A model generated the notes under the pieces. The model was given only the letters and a program-made list of their open reading frames with translations, did no database searches and was not told where the DNA came from. A stretch of DNA of 64,000 bases from Methanomassiliicoccaceae archaeon (GTDB lineage: Archaea > Thermoplasmatota > Thermoplasmata > Methanomassiliicoccales > UBA472): assembly GCA_963827905.1 (NCBI GenBank), contig CAWHCB010000001.1, forward strand, positions 52,963 to 116,962, written 5' to 3'. The position numbers and the translations under genes are program-made. Of the stretch, positions 1-8,804 are shown one piece after another (the first letter of the stretch is position 1; every line of letters starts with the position of its first letter).

Positions 1-174
1 ATGGAGATAATCGACCGCTTGCGCCAGGTGGGGTTGGGCAAGGTCATCGTCTACGACCTCACGCGGAAAGAGCTAGGCGTGCCCGTGGTCCGGGTCATCG
101 TCCCGGGGTTGGAGGTATATGCATTGGACCAGGACCGGGTGGGACGCCGGTTCATGGAGGCGGCCCGGCAATGA
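1..174 (+). CDS. ycaO: YcaO-type protein, C-terminal 57 codons (gene continues upstream of the window)
   Basis: Frame 1 is open from base 1 to TGA at 172-174. The tail ...VIVYDLTRKELGVPVVRVIVPGLEVYALDQDRVGRRF looks like YcaO C-termini as I remember them. The stop overlaps the next ATG (ATGA at 171-174), the usual ycaO-tfuA arrangement. Confidence 0.6.
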   Translation: MEIIDRLRQVGLGKVIVYDLTRKELGVPVVRVIVPGLEVYALDQDRVGRRFMEAARQ

Positions 175-812
175 CCACGGTGGTCTATCTGGGCATGAGC
201 CTATCCCAAGAGGAGGCCAAAGGGCTGCTCAAGGCTCGATATCTACCACCGGTGCGAAGGGGCGACCTTCCCAAGCTCCCCGATTCCGTCAGGATGGTGG
301 GCATCATCGATGGGGTGTTCTTGAACGAGAGCGCCGTCGGACATAGGGAGATAATCGATCTTCTAAAACGTGGAGTGACGGTGGTCGGAGGGGGCAGCAT
401 GGGAGCGCTTCGGGCCGCTGAGCTGCAGGACCTGGGTATGATCGGGGTGGGCAGGATATTCGAGATGTATCGCGATGGGGACATCGAAGGCGACGACGAG
501 GTGGCGTTGGTCTTCGACCCCGAAACGTTCGAGCCCTTGTCCGAGCCTCTGGTCAATATCAGACATTTCCTATCCGAGGCGGTGCACCGGGGGGTCCTGG
601 AAGCGGCCATCGCCGAGTCGTACCTGGAGAGGGTGAGGGAAGTGTACTATCCCCGTCGTTCCTTCGACCTCCTGCTCAAGATGGTCCAGGAGGATGACGA
701 GGACCTTTACGACGAGCTCGATGCGATGCTGATGAGCTCTTCCTTCGACCTGAAACGAAGTGACACCTTAAAGGTATTAAATACAATGACAGAGTTAATG
801 TCCTCGCGTTAG
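171..812 (+). CDS. tfuA: TfuA-like protein (partner of YcaO in McrA thioglycine formation)
   Basis: 213-aa ORF with TfuA-like motifs: PPVRRGDL, IIDGVF, VGHREI, GGSMGALRAAEL, GVGRIFEMYRDG, DDEVAL. It is translationally coupled to the upstream ycaO fragment. Confidence 0.8.
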   Translation: MTTVVYLGMSLSQEEAKGLLKARYLPPVRRGDLPKLPDSVRMVGIIDGVFLNESAVGHREIIDLLKRGVTVVGGGSMGALRAAELQDLGMIGVGRIFEMYRDGDIEGDDEVALVFDPETFEPLSEPLVNIRHFLSEAVHRGVLEAAIAESYLERVREVYYPRRSFDLLLKMVQEDDEDLYDELDAMLMSSSFDLKRSDTLKVLNTMTELMSSR

Positions 813-949
813 GGATGCGGGAAAATTTGGTTTTAAGACCGTTAACCCTATACTCGTTTAACGCTGGTTAAGTGCATCCTATGTTATTCAAGTCGATAAA
901 AACGAATAACATGCTGGATGCATCATTGTAGTTATCTATTGTTTATGAT

Positions 950-983
950 GGATGGTTGGACCATCCAAGCACAAGTTTATATT
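950..983 (+). promoter_or_regulatory. Candidate mcr promoter: inverted repeat GGATGGT-N3-ACCATCC (950-966) followed by a TATA-like TTTATATT (976-983)
   Basis: AT-rich 268-bp spacer between tfuA and mcrB. The TATA-like box lies about 100 bp upstream of the mcrB ATG. A strong Shine-Dalgarno GGAGGT sits at 1069-1074, 5 nt before the ATG. No transcript data are available. Confidence 0.35.
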
Positions 984-1079
984 GAAAAAAATGTAATTCC
1001 CTGTCCGCAAGGGGAGCCAATTTTCATTGAGGAGTTTTTGGTCTTCAATGGAAATTGAGTTAGAAAAAGGAGGTATAAA

Positions 1080-2410
1080 ATGGCAAAATACAAGGACAAA
1101 ATAGACTTGTACGACGACAGGGGCAAGCTCATCGATAAGGGCGTTCCTCTGGAGGCAATCAGCCCGTTGTACAACCCGGCCATTAAGCGGACCGTGTCTC
1201 TTGCCAAGAGGACCAACGCGGTCGACCTAGGAGCACTTGAGGCAGGCCTCAAGAAGGCAAAGGTCGGCGGCGGTCAGCTGAAGGGAAGAGAGATGGACCT
1301 CGCCGTTGTGGCCAACGCCGAGAAGATCGCAAAGAGAGTCAAGGAGATTCTGAAGACCACCAAGGACGACGACACCGAGGTCACTGTGATGGCCGACGGT
1401 AAGAAGATGATCGTCGTTACCCCGACCACCCGCATGGACGCTGGGGCCGAGTATACCACTGGCTTCACCGCATGCCGCCGCCGCACTTACCCAGGCCGTC
1501 CTGGACCAGTTCGACGTGAACATGTTCGAGGCAAGCATGGTCAAGGCAGCCATCTGGGGCAGGTACCCACAGACCCTTAACATGCATGGGAGCCATCGTG
1601 AAGTGCATCCTGGAGATACCGCAGTTGAACGAGGGCGCCGGTTACGCCCTAAGGAACATCATGGCCAACCACATCGTCATGTTGTCCGGCAAGAACGCCA
1701 TGAACGCCGCCGCTCTGTCCTCGATATTCGAGCAGGCCGCCGCCTTCGAGATGGGAGACGCCATCGGTCCGTTCGAGCGCCAGCAGCTGCTGGGCCTGGC
1801 CTATCAGGGCCTGAACGCGAACAACATCGTTTGCGACATAATCAAGAAGAACGGAAAGACCGGGACCGTCGGTACCGTCGTCGAGAGCATCGTCGACCGC
1901 GCCCTCGAAGACAAAGTGATCAAGAAGGGAAAGAAGTACCCGTCCGGATTCGTGGAGATGTCCACCACCGACTTCCCGTTGTGGAACGCCTACGCCGCCG
2001 CCGGTATGTTGGCCGCCATATGCGTCAACATCGGTGCTGCCCGTGCTTCCCAGGGTATCCCCTCCACCATCCTGTACTACAACGACCTGCTGGAGCACGA
2101 GACCTCCCTGCCAGGCTGTGACTACGGCCGGTGCATGGGTACGTCCGTCGGTATGTCCTTCTTCAGCCACTCCATCTATGGTGGCGGTGGCCCAGGACTG
2201 TTCCACGGAAACCACGTCGTTACCAAGCACGCCAAGGGATTCGTCATCCCGGTCATCGCCGCTGGATGCGCTCTGGATGCTGGTACCCAGTACTTCTCTC
2301 CGGAGAACACCTCGAGCCTGATGAAGGAAGTATTCGGTGACATCCCCGAGTTCAAGACCCCGATAAAGGTCGTTGGCAAGGAGGCCAAGAAGATAAAGGA
2401 TGACTTCTGA
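1080..2410 (+). CDS. mcrB: Methyl-coenzyme M reductase beta subunit; reading frame broken twice (about 1470 and about 1585)
   Basis: McrB-like sequence runs through three frames. Frame 0: [17 protein letters not shown]...EYTTGFTA. Frame 1: [36 protein letters not shown]. Frame 2: [28 protein letters not shown]...[14 protein letters not shown]...KKIKDDF. Removing one base at each junction restores one ORF of about 443 aa. Confidence 0.9.
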
Positions 2411-2418
2411 GGTGTAGA

Positions 2419-2841
2419 ATGGCGAAGAAACCCCCCCAAGAACAAGTCCCATTGCCTGAGGTCCTCATATTCCCCGCCCGATTGTTGAAGGCGGAGACCA
2501 CTGAGAAGCTGCTGAACCAGATCTACGACGACGTTCCCCATGTTCGTCACATCACGGTCAGCGGCGAATCGCTCCCCGCAACGCTCAACGCGGGTCCCGG
2601 TAAGGGCATGCCCGCGGAGCACCCAGAGAGGAGGACCATCAAGGTTAAGGGACAGGAAGTCGAGCTGAGACTGTTGGTCGGCAGAGTGTTCGTTGAGATC
2701 GATGACATCGATAACGTCGACGATGCGTTGGCGAGGATCGAGTCAATATGCAATGAGCTACTCCCCTTCGGTTTCAGCCTAGAGGTGGGGCGGTATTCGA
2801 AATTCAAGCCGACAGTCACCGATTACAAGAAATGCAGGTGA
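2419..2841 (+). CDS. mcrD: Methyl-coenzyme M reductase operon protein D
   Basis: 140-aa ORF between mcrB and mcrG with McrD-like sequence ([16 protein letters not shown]..., [22 protein letters not shown]). Confidence 0.9.
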   Translation: MAKKPPQEQVPLPEVLIFPARLLKAETTEKLLNQIYDDVPHVRHITVSGESLPATLNAGPGKGMPAEHPERRTIKVKGQEVELRLLVGRVFVEIDDIDNVDDALARIESICNELLPFGFSLEVGRYSKFKPTVTDYKKCR

Positions 2842-2846
2842 ATCAC

Positions 2847-3617
2847 ATGGCATACAAGAGACAGTTCTACCCCGGAACTTCGCTACCTGCGAAGAACAGG
2901 CGCAAGTTCTACGACCCGAACTACAAGCTGGAAAAGCTCCGTGACGTCGCGATGGATGACGTCGTCCGCATCATGGGCCACAGAAAGCCCGGTGAGGACT
3001 ACAAGTCCATCCACCCGCCACTGGACGAGGGCAATGAGCCCGACTGCCCGGTAAGGCAGATGGTTGTCCCAATCGAGGGTGCCAAGAAAGGAGACAGGAT
3101 CAGGTACGTACAGTTCACTGACTCCGTCTACTGGGCCCCCGCGATCCCCTACATCCGCGCTAACATGTACATGTCGCGCATCAGGGGTATCGACACCGGT
3201 ACCTTGTCCGGCAGGCAGATCATCGAGATGAGAGAGAGGGACCTCGAAAAGGTCGCCAAGGAGTACATCGACAATGAGACCTTCGACCCGGCCAGGACCG
3301 GAATCAGGGGCGCCACCGTGCACGGGCACGCTTGCCGCCTCGACGAGAACGGCCTGATGTTCGACGCCTGGCAGAGATACAGGTGGAACGCCAAGAAGGG
3401 AGAGGTCGAGTATGTGAAGGACCAGGTCGCCATTCCCTTGGACAAGCCGATCTCCGTCGGCAAGCCAATGGACGACAAGTGGCTGAAGGCCCACACCACC
3501 ATGTTCCGCGCCGATGGCGTTGACATGAGGGATGACGCCGAGGTCATGGCCCAGAACCTGAGGATCCACAGGCTGAGGACGCTGTGCGGATACCAGTCCT
3601 TCGCCCAAAAGGAGTGA
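2847..3617 (+). CDS. mcrG: Methyl-coenzyme M reductase gamma subunit
   Basis: [12 protein letters not shown]..., [46 protein letters not shown] and [11 protein letters not shown] are classic McrG. I chose the ATG at 2847 rather than the ORF-track start at 2832. Confidence 0.95.
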   Translation: MAYKRQFYPGTSLPAKNRRKFYDPNYKLEKLRDVAMDDVVRIMGHRKPGEDYKSIHPPLDEGNEPDCPVRQMVVPIEGAKKGDRIRYVQFTDSVYWAPAIPYIRANMYMSRIRGIDTGTLSGRQIIEMRERDLEKVAKEYIDNETFDPARTGIRGATVHGHACRLDENGLMFDAWQRYRWNAKKGEVEYVKDQVAIPLDKPISVGKPMDDKWLKAHTTMFRADGVDMRDDAEVMAQNLRIHRLRTLCGYQSFAQKE

Positions 3618-3622
3618 TCAAG

Positions 3623-5290
3623 ATGGCAGGAAAAGAGAAGGACAAGCTGTTCCTCGCAGCGATGAAGAAGAAGTTCAAGGAGGCCCCTACCGAGGTCAAC
3701 ACCAACTACTACACCTTCGGTGGATGGAAGCAGTCCAAGAGGAAGCGCGAGTGGGTCGAGCAGGCCAACAAGATCGCAAAGCAGCGCGGCATCCCCATGA
3801 TGAACCAGGACATTGGTGTCCCGCTCGGACAGCGTGTGCTCATGCCCTACCAGCTGAGCCACACCGACATATATGTCGAGGCGGACGACCTCCACTTCGT
3901 CAACAACGCCGCTATGCAGCAGGCTTGGGACGACATCAGGAGGACCGTAGTCAGCGGTCTGGACACTGCCCACGCAGTCATTGAGAAGAGGCTCGGCAAG
4001 GAAGTCACGCCTGAGACCATCAACCACTATCTGGAGACCGTCAACCACGCTATGCCTGGTGGCGCCGTCGTGCAGGAGCACATGGCTGAGTGCAGCCCCG
4101 CCCTGACCGCCGACTGCTACGTCAAGGTGTTCTCCGGTGACGACGAGCTCATCGACGAGATCGACAAGCCCTACGTCATCAACATCAACAAGGAGTTCCC
4201 CGCGGACCAGGCCAAGCAGCTGAAGGAGGCCATCGGTAAGAGCCTCTGGCAGGCCATTCGCTGCCCGACCATCGTCGGACGCGTTTGCGACGGTGGTACG
4301 ATGTCCAGGTGGTCTGCGATGCAGATCTCGATGTCCTTCATCAGCAGCTACAAGTTGGCTGCCGGTGAGGCCGCCATCGCCGACTTCGCCTTCGCCGCCA
4401 AGCACGCCTCGGTGCTAGAGATGGGTACCATGATGCCCGCTCGCCGCGCCCGTGGCCCCAACGAGCCCGGTGGAATTCCATTCGGGTTCCTGGCTGACAT
4501 GGTGCAGTCCCAGCGCAAGTACCCCGACGACCCAGTCCGCGCCTCCCTTGAGACCGTGGCCTTGGGCGCCGTGATCTTCGACCAGATCTACCTCGGCAGC
4601 TACATGTCCGGCGGTGTCGGCTTCACGCAGTACGCCACTGCGGCCTACACCGACAACATCCTCGAGGACTACTGCTACTGGGCCGCTGACCTGGTGAAGA
4701 CCAAGTACGGTGGCTTCTGCAAGACCAAGCCGACCATGGAGCTCGTCGAGAAGCTGGGCACGGAGATCAACTCCTATGCCCTGGAGATGTACGAGAAGTA
4801 CCCGGCCGCGATGGAGGCCCACTTCGGTGGTTCCCAGCGTGCGACCGTGGCCGCAGCCGCCACCGGTATCGGTGTCGCCATGGCCACCGCCAACGCCAAC
4901 GCCGGTGTCAACGCCTGGTACCTTTCCATGCTGCAGCACCGTGAGCGCATGGGCCGCCTAGGCTTCTACGGCTATGACCTGCAGGACATGTGCGGAGCGT
5001 CCAACTCGCTCTCGTACAGGTCCGACGAGGGTCTGCCGCACGAGCTCCGTGGACCCAACTACCCGAACTACGCGATGAACGTGGGTCACCTATCTGGATA
5101 CGCTGGTATCGCCTGCGCCCCGCACGCCGCTCGCGGCGATGCGTTCGCATGCAACCCGCTGATCAAGGTGGCCTTCGCGGACAAGAACCTACCGTTCGAC
5201 TTCGCGAACATCACCAAGGAGTTCGGTCGTGGCGGTCTGCGCGAGTTCATGCCAGCCGGTGAGAGGACAGTTATCATCCCCGCGAAGTGA
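3623..5290 (+). CDS. mcrA: Methyl-coenzyme M reductase alpha subunit
   Basis: 555-aa intact ORF with GGAG 8 nt upstream. McrA hallmarks present: [74 protein letters not shown]. Confidence 0.97.
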   Translation: MAGKEKDKLFLAAMKKKFKEAPTEVNTNYYTFGGWKQSKRKREWVEQANKIAKQRGIPMMNQDIGVPLGQRVLMPYQLSHTDIYVEADDLHFVNNAAMQQAWDDIRRTVVSGLDTAHAVIEKRLGKEVTPETINHYLETVNHAMPGGAVVQEHMAECSPALTADCYVKVFSGDDELIDEIDKPYVININKEFPADQAKQLKEAIGKSLWQAIRCPTIVGRVCDGGTMSRWSAMQISMSFISSYKLAAGEAAIADFAFAAKHASVLEMGTMMPARRARGPNEPGGIPFGFLADMVQSQRKYPDDPVRASLETVALGAVIFDQIYLGSYMSGGVGFTQYATAAYTDNILEDYCYWAADLVKTKYGGFCKTKPTMELVEKLGTEINSYALEMYEKYPAAMEAHFGGSQRATVAAAATGIGVAMATANANAGVNAWYLSMLQHRERMGRLGFYGYDLQDMCGASNSLSYRSDEGLPHELRGPNYPNYAMNVGHLSGYAGIACAPHAARGDAFACNPLIKVAFADKNLPFDFANITKEFGRGGLREFMPAGERTVIIPAK

Positions 5291-5296
5291 TCCTGA

Positions 5297-5569
5297 ATGC
5301 AAAACGGAGAATACGCCAGATACAAGAACACCGGGACCGTCGGAAAGGTGGTCAGCTCTCATATCGAGGGCGAGGTGGAGTGGGTCGAGCTTGACAACAA
5401 GCTCGTCTACGACGCCAGCTACCTGGAGCCGGCCTCGGCGGACGAGTATCGCGTGTCCTCCGTCAAGGATCGCGTGGAAGGGCTCGACCTGGAGCAGATC
5501 GAGAAGCTCAAGGAGGAGCTCTTCAAGGCGGAGCGGCATCAATACGTCACCGGTGGCGGTGGCGGCTGA
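5297..5569 (+). CDS. Small conserved archaeal protein, last gene of the mcr transcription unit (possibly DUF2098-like; family assignment is from memory only)
   Basis: 90-aa ORF starting 7 nt after the mcrA stop. It has an N-terminal YKNTGTVGKVV...WVELDN beta-rich motif and a C-terminal TGGGGG tail, and is followed by T-runs. Confidence 0.6.
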   Translation: MQNGEYARYKNTGTVGKVVSSHIEGEVEWVELDNKLVYDASYLEPASADEYRVSSVKDRVEGLDLEQIEKLKEELFKAERHQYVTGGGGG

Positions 5570-5595
5570 CCTCTAACAAACCCTTTCCATTTATC

Positions 5596-5612
5596 CCATT
5601 TTTTCTTTTGTA
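5596..5612 (+). terminator. Oligo-T tract downstream of the mcr operon
   Basis: CATTTTTTCTTTTG lies about 30 nt after the stop of the last operon gene. Archaeal terminators are typically T-runs. Confidence 0.3.
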
Positions 5613-5712
5613 CTGTTATTTTGCATCGACCTTCCTTATGCGATCCCGCCATCGATCGGCAGAGCATGGCTTTCGCTAGGTCGAAAATAAATGAAAAAAG
5701 ATGGCCGAACCT

Positions 5713-6306
5713 TCAGTCCGAGGCGTTGAAGCCCACCAGGATGGTGGCGTTCTGCGGGTCGTCATCGAGGCCATAGCGGTTCTTGATGATGATGTCGCCA
5801 AGAGGCGAGGGGGAGCATGACACGATCGCGTCCACACCATGGATGGCCTTCAGCTCAGGGAAGCTCACCGGGGGCATGAGGAAGAACTCCTTGTGCTTGG
5901 GTTGCCGGTCCATGAAGACGACGAAATCCTCGCAGAGCCAGAGCACATCGTCCCGTCCTTTGTACTTCTCGTGTTGGCCAGGCAGGACCTCGGTCCCTAT
6001 CACGATGCCCTCGTCGGCTATGAGCTGCACGGTCGGTTCCGGTGGTGGGCGGAACGACTTGTTCTTGAGGATGCATAGAACATACCGACGGGCCAGACAT
6101 TGCTCCAACCCCTCGTTCTTGACCTCCATCCCCATCTGGGATTTGATGTTCTTCTCCACGTTCAGGATGCCTTCCCGGGTCTCCTCGTCCAATGGGAAGA
6201 CCTGCAGTGTGCCGCGCATTCCTTCGATTATCCCTATGGCCTGATCAAGGGAGGTCATGCCCCCTAAATCCCGAGAACCGATATAATGGATTCCCTCGCT
6301 CTCCAT
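5713..6306 (-). CDS. Uncharacterised protein, paralog A (paralog B at 20469..21050)
   Basis: 197-aa ORF convergent with the mcr operon. Its C-terminal half aligns by eye with 20469..21050: DDV..L.EDF, F(L/V).PP(V/I).F, I.GV, (L/H)VGFN. I do not recognise the family. Confidence 0.7.
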   Translation of the reverse strand: MESEGIHYIGSRDLGGMTSLDQAIGIIEGMRGTLQVFPLDEETREGILNVEKNIKSQMGMEVKNEGLEQCLARRYVLCILKNKSFRPPPEPTVQLIADEGIVIGTEVLPGQHEKYKGRDDVLWLCEDFVVFMDRQPKHKEFFLMPPVSFPELKAIHGVDAIVSCSPSPLGDIIIKNRYGLDDDPQNATILVGFNASD

Positions 6307-6328
6307 GAATGGAAAGTGGTCCGACCCG

Positions 6329-6913
6329 TCAGACCCGGGCCACTGGTTTGTTCTGCAGATAGTCCTTGACGCTATCGAGGTCTATCTTCAGCATGATCAT
6401 GTCCCCCACGTTCATGATGTCAGCGGTGCGCATACGTATCACCGATTTGGACACCATCATGCTCTTCTTCAGGTCCAGGTCCTTGCGGGTGGCCTTGTCG
6501 AGCTTCACGTCGAAGCTAGGCACGGACCATTCGGTCTGGGCGTCGACCTTGAAGTCGGTGAGCACCCCGATCTCCCTGCCCTTCCGGCATATGACCCTCT
6601 TCCCGATCACATCGCCCACGCTGACCGGGACCTCTGACTCATCCAGGACTGCCTGAGATATCTGGTCCATGGTAAGGTTCAGGGTCACCAGATCGGAGAT
6701 GTGGTGGACGGCCTCTATCCTGATGTGGGCATGGGAGGCGCCCAAGACCCTCTTCTTCTTGTTAAGCTGGGCCTCCAGGCCCTTGTTGATGGTGATCCGC
6801 AGGGATGGCACCTTCCACTTATCGCGGTCCAGGTCCACACCCTCCACATATCCGACCACCTTGGCGTCCGAGCTGACCATTTCCTTGCCTAAAATATCCT
6901 CAATGTCTAGCAT
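6329..6913 (-). CDS. PRC-barrel domain protein (two PRC barrels)
   Basis: 194 aa with two copies of the G(K)xVxxxxxxxxGxVxxxxxDxxxWxVxS pattern: ILGKEMVSSDAKVVGYVEGVDLDRDKWKVPSL and VIGKRVICRKGREIGVLTDFKVDAQTEWSVPSF. Confidence 0.75.
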   Translation of the reverse strand: MLDIEDILGKEMVSSDAKVVGYVEGVDLDRDKWKVPSLRITINKGLEAQLNKKKRVLGASHAHIRIEAVHHISDLVTLNLTMDQISQAVLDESEVPVSVGDVIGKRVICRKGREIGVLTDFKVDAQTEWSVPSFDVKLDKATRKDLDLKKSMMVSKSVIRMRTADIMNVGDMIMLKIDLDSVKDYLQNKPVARV

Positions 6914-7023
6914 ATCCCGATCCCTGCCCGGTATAAGCGATTCTCATTATTTCATGATTGCCGAAAGCCCGCCAATTCCAAACGGGCGAATCATTATATC
7001 GCTCCGAGACCGCTCCCTTCGCC

Positions 7024-7342
7024 ATGGTCCTGGACACTATCATGAAGGAGCAGCCAGAGGTCATCAACGCCCTGTACCGTTACAAGAACACGGTCTTCAA
7101 GGAGGGGCATCATCTCCTTCAAGGAAAAGGAGCTGATCGCCATCGGCATCATCTGCGTGCTCAAATGCGAGGAATGCTTGGACACCCACGTTCAGAAGGC
7201 CATGGAGCTGGGGGCGACCAGGGACGAGATCCGGGAGGCGGTGCTGGTCGCGATGTACCTGGCCGGACCTCATGCCGTGGTCTGGTCCAAAAAGGTGGAC
7301 AGCTACATTTCGGACGATTTCAACGCTGGAACTCCGCCTTGA
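7024..7342 (+). CDS. Carboxymuconolactone decarboxylase / AhpD-like family protein; one frame break near 7110
   Basis: MVLDTIMKEQPEVINALYRYKNTVFKEG is in frame 1. It continues in frame 2 as ISFKEKELIAIGIICVLKCEECLDTHVQKAMELGATRDEIREAVLVAMYLAG, which carries the CxxC AhpD-like motif. Confidence 0.7.
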
Positions 7343-7655
7343 TGTCCCGTTTGATGCCTAGGCCGGACACCACCTCGCCGCACTTCAGGATGGCCATCGG
7401 GACCGGGCACACGGAATGCTTCAGCACTTTGCCGGAGATGATGTACACCTTGTTCTCGCAGAATGGCATGGTCATGATGTCCATCATAGGGATGGGACCT
7501 AGCTCCTTCTCCAATCTCTTGACGTAGGGGCAATTGCTCTCCAGATGGAAGCTCAAAACTCCGTCGACCATCACGCCCCGCACCTTGGTGGGGAAACGGC
7601 AAGCACCAGGGTCGAGGTTCACGACGACCTCCTCTTCGGCCATGAGCCCTATCAT
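7320..7655 (-). CDS. Hypothetical cysteine-containing protein
   Basis: 111-aa ORF with sensible codon usage and conserved-looking Cys (ACRF, NCPYV, FCENK, SVCPVP, LKCGE). Its 3' end overlaps the convergent CMD gene by 23 bp. No family recognised. Confidence 0.5.
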   Translation of the reverse strand: MIGLMAEEEVVVNLDPGACRFPTKVRGVMVDGVLSFHLESNCPYVKRLEKELGPIPMMDIMTMPFCENKVYIISGKVLKHSVCPVPMAILKCGEVVSGLGIKRDIKAEFQR

Positions 7656-7709
7656 TCAAGCTTCGCCTAAATTATCTTTGCGCCGGACCGACCAGGTCAA
7701 CGCCTGACC

Positions 7710-8711
7710 TCAACCTTTGTCCTTCTTCCCTTTGGACGCCATCTCGTACATGGGCGCCCTGCTGATGTCGATGGCCCCGATGGCCGCCACTGGCTCCTTC
7801 TTCCTCATTATCGGCACGACCACCACGGGAAGTCCCCGGAACGGTCCGGTGGAGGCGATCCTCCGCACGATCTGGCCTTTTTTAAGGACCTCCTCCAGCA
7901 TCGGGCCGGTGTAGTTCGTGTCCACCACCTCGCCCTCCTCGCAGCGCACCCCATTGTGATTGCGGCTACGCATCGTGACCGGCGAGCGGTTCAGCAGCTC
8001 GTGGATGGCCAGGCAGAGGCACTTCAGGTCCTCCGCCTCCGTGTCCTGGGTGATCAGGGTGGTGCCTTCGGTCCAGCATCTTCTCGACGCCGTGCCCAGG
8101 GCCAAGGCGGCGGTGACCGCGCCCTTCTCCGCGGCGTCATAGCTGAACGCCGAGCCGACTATGATCACATCCCCCTCCTCGATCTTGAAAACGCTGCGCA
8201 AGGGCGCCACCTGGGACTGCTCCGGGAAGTCCTCGTCGCCGGGGAAGACCATCTTATCGTCCCTCACGATCAGGGTGGTCGCCCCGACCGCCCCCGCCCG
8301 GACCGCCTCGTCCCTCTGCTCGCAACCCATCTTCACCTTGAAGCCCATGGCCTTGATGAGCACGGCACAATTGTGCTTGCCCAGGGTAAGGTTCTGGAGA
8401 TCGACCTGGGCCACCTCTATGCCGGAGTTCTCCAGCTTGCGGCGGCCCTTGTCGGTGATGACCGTTCCCATCCTGGTGTTCTCTATGCTCCCTTCCCTGG
8501 CCATCTTCTCGAGGATGGTCCGGATGGAACCTTCCCCGATCTGCAGGGCCTCTGCCAGGGCCTTTCTGCCGATCGGCCCTTGCTTCTCGATCACCTGATA
8601 GGCCTTCCATATGTGGTACATGGAGAACTTCGGTGTGGGACCACCCGAAAAAAACGATGTGAAAGCCATTGCCATATATTGGATGGATATATAATCCAAC
8701 CATATAAACAT
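7710..8711 (-). CDS. Predicted winged-helix regulator (DUF4443-like N-terminus) with a methanogen-type DUF2111-like C-terminal domain
   Basis: The N-terminal GPIGRKALAEALQIGEGSIRTILEKMAREGSI is a wHTH signature. The C-terminal PVTMRS...YTGPMLEEV...GLPVVVVPI...AAIGAIDIS matches my memory of DUF2111. The real start may be ATG 8675 or 8621. It is divergent from atwA. Confidence 0.55.
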   Translation of the reverse strand: MFIWLDYISIQYMAMAFTSFFSGGPTPKFSMYHIWKAYQVIEKQGPIGRKALAEALQIGEGSIRTILEKMAREGSIENTRMGTVITDKGRRKLENSGIEVAQVDLQNLTLGKHNCAVLIKAMGFKVKMGCEQRDEAVRAGAVGATTLIVRDDKMVFPGDEDFPEQSQVAPLRSVFKIEEGDVIIVGSAFSYDAAEKGAVTAALALGTASRRCWTEGTTLITQDTEAEDLKCLCLAIHELLNRSPVTMRSRNHNGVRCEEGEVVDTNYTGPMLEEVLKKGQIVRRIASTGPFRGLPVVVVPIMRKKEPVAAIGAIDISRAPMYEMASKGKKDKG

Positions 8712-8750
8712 TGTGAAGGCGCATTTAACAATACTTGACCATCTGGAATA

Positions 8751-8784
8751 GCTATCTTAACGGGGGAAAGTATATCTAGATAGC
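8751..8784 (+). promoter_or_regulatory. Candidate atwA promoter/operator: 7-bp inverted repeat GCTATCT...AGATAGC bracketing a TATA-like AAGTATAT
   Basis: Arms at 8751-8757 and 8778-8784, with an AT-rich box at about 8768-8775, roughly 35 bp upstream of the atwA ATG. It lies in the 93-bp divergent intergenic region shared with the wHTH gene. Confidence 0.3.
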
Positions 8785-8804
8785 GTCTGCGTTCAACCCC
8801 TCAT

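Noticed and set aside
1465-1590. Programmed frameshifting or recoding (Sec/Pyl) as the explanation for the interrupted mcrB and other genes
   Set aside because: The interruptions are frame changes, not in-frame UGA/UAG codons. I saw no slippery heptamer or downstream structure, and the same kind of break occurs in about 20 unrelated genes. The single in-frame TGA (43643-43641) has no supporting context. Sequence error is the simpler explanation.
1649-4405. Long antisense ORFs opposite mcrB and mcrG/mcrA (1649..2452, 267 aa; 3149..4405, 418 aa). Similar ones lie opposite the mmp genes (24479..25570, 26318..27118), the STAND gene (40222..41118) and others.
   Set aside because: These are shadow ORFs typical of GC-rich coding DNA. 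They have biased Gly/Arg/Asp/His composition and no recognisable domains, and the sense strand encodes unmistakable conserved proteins.
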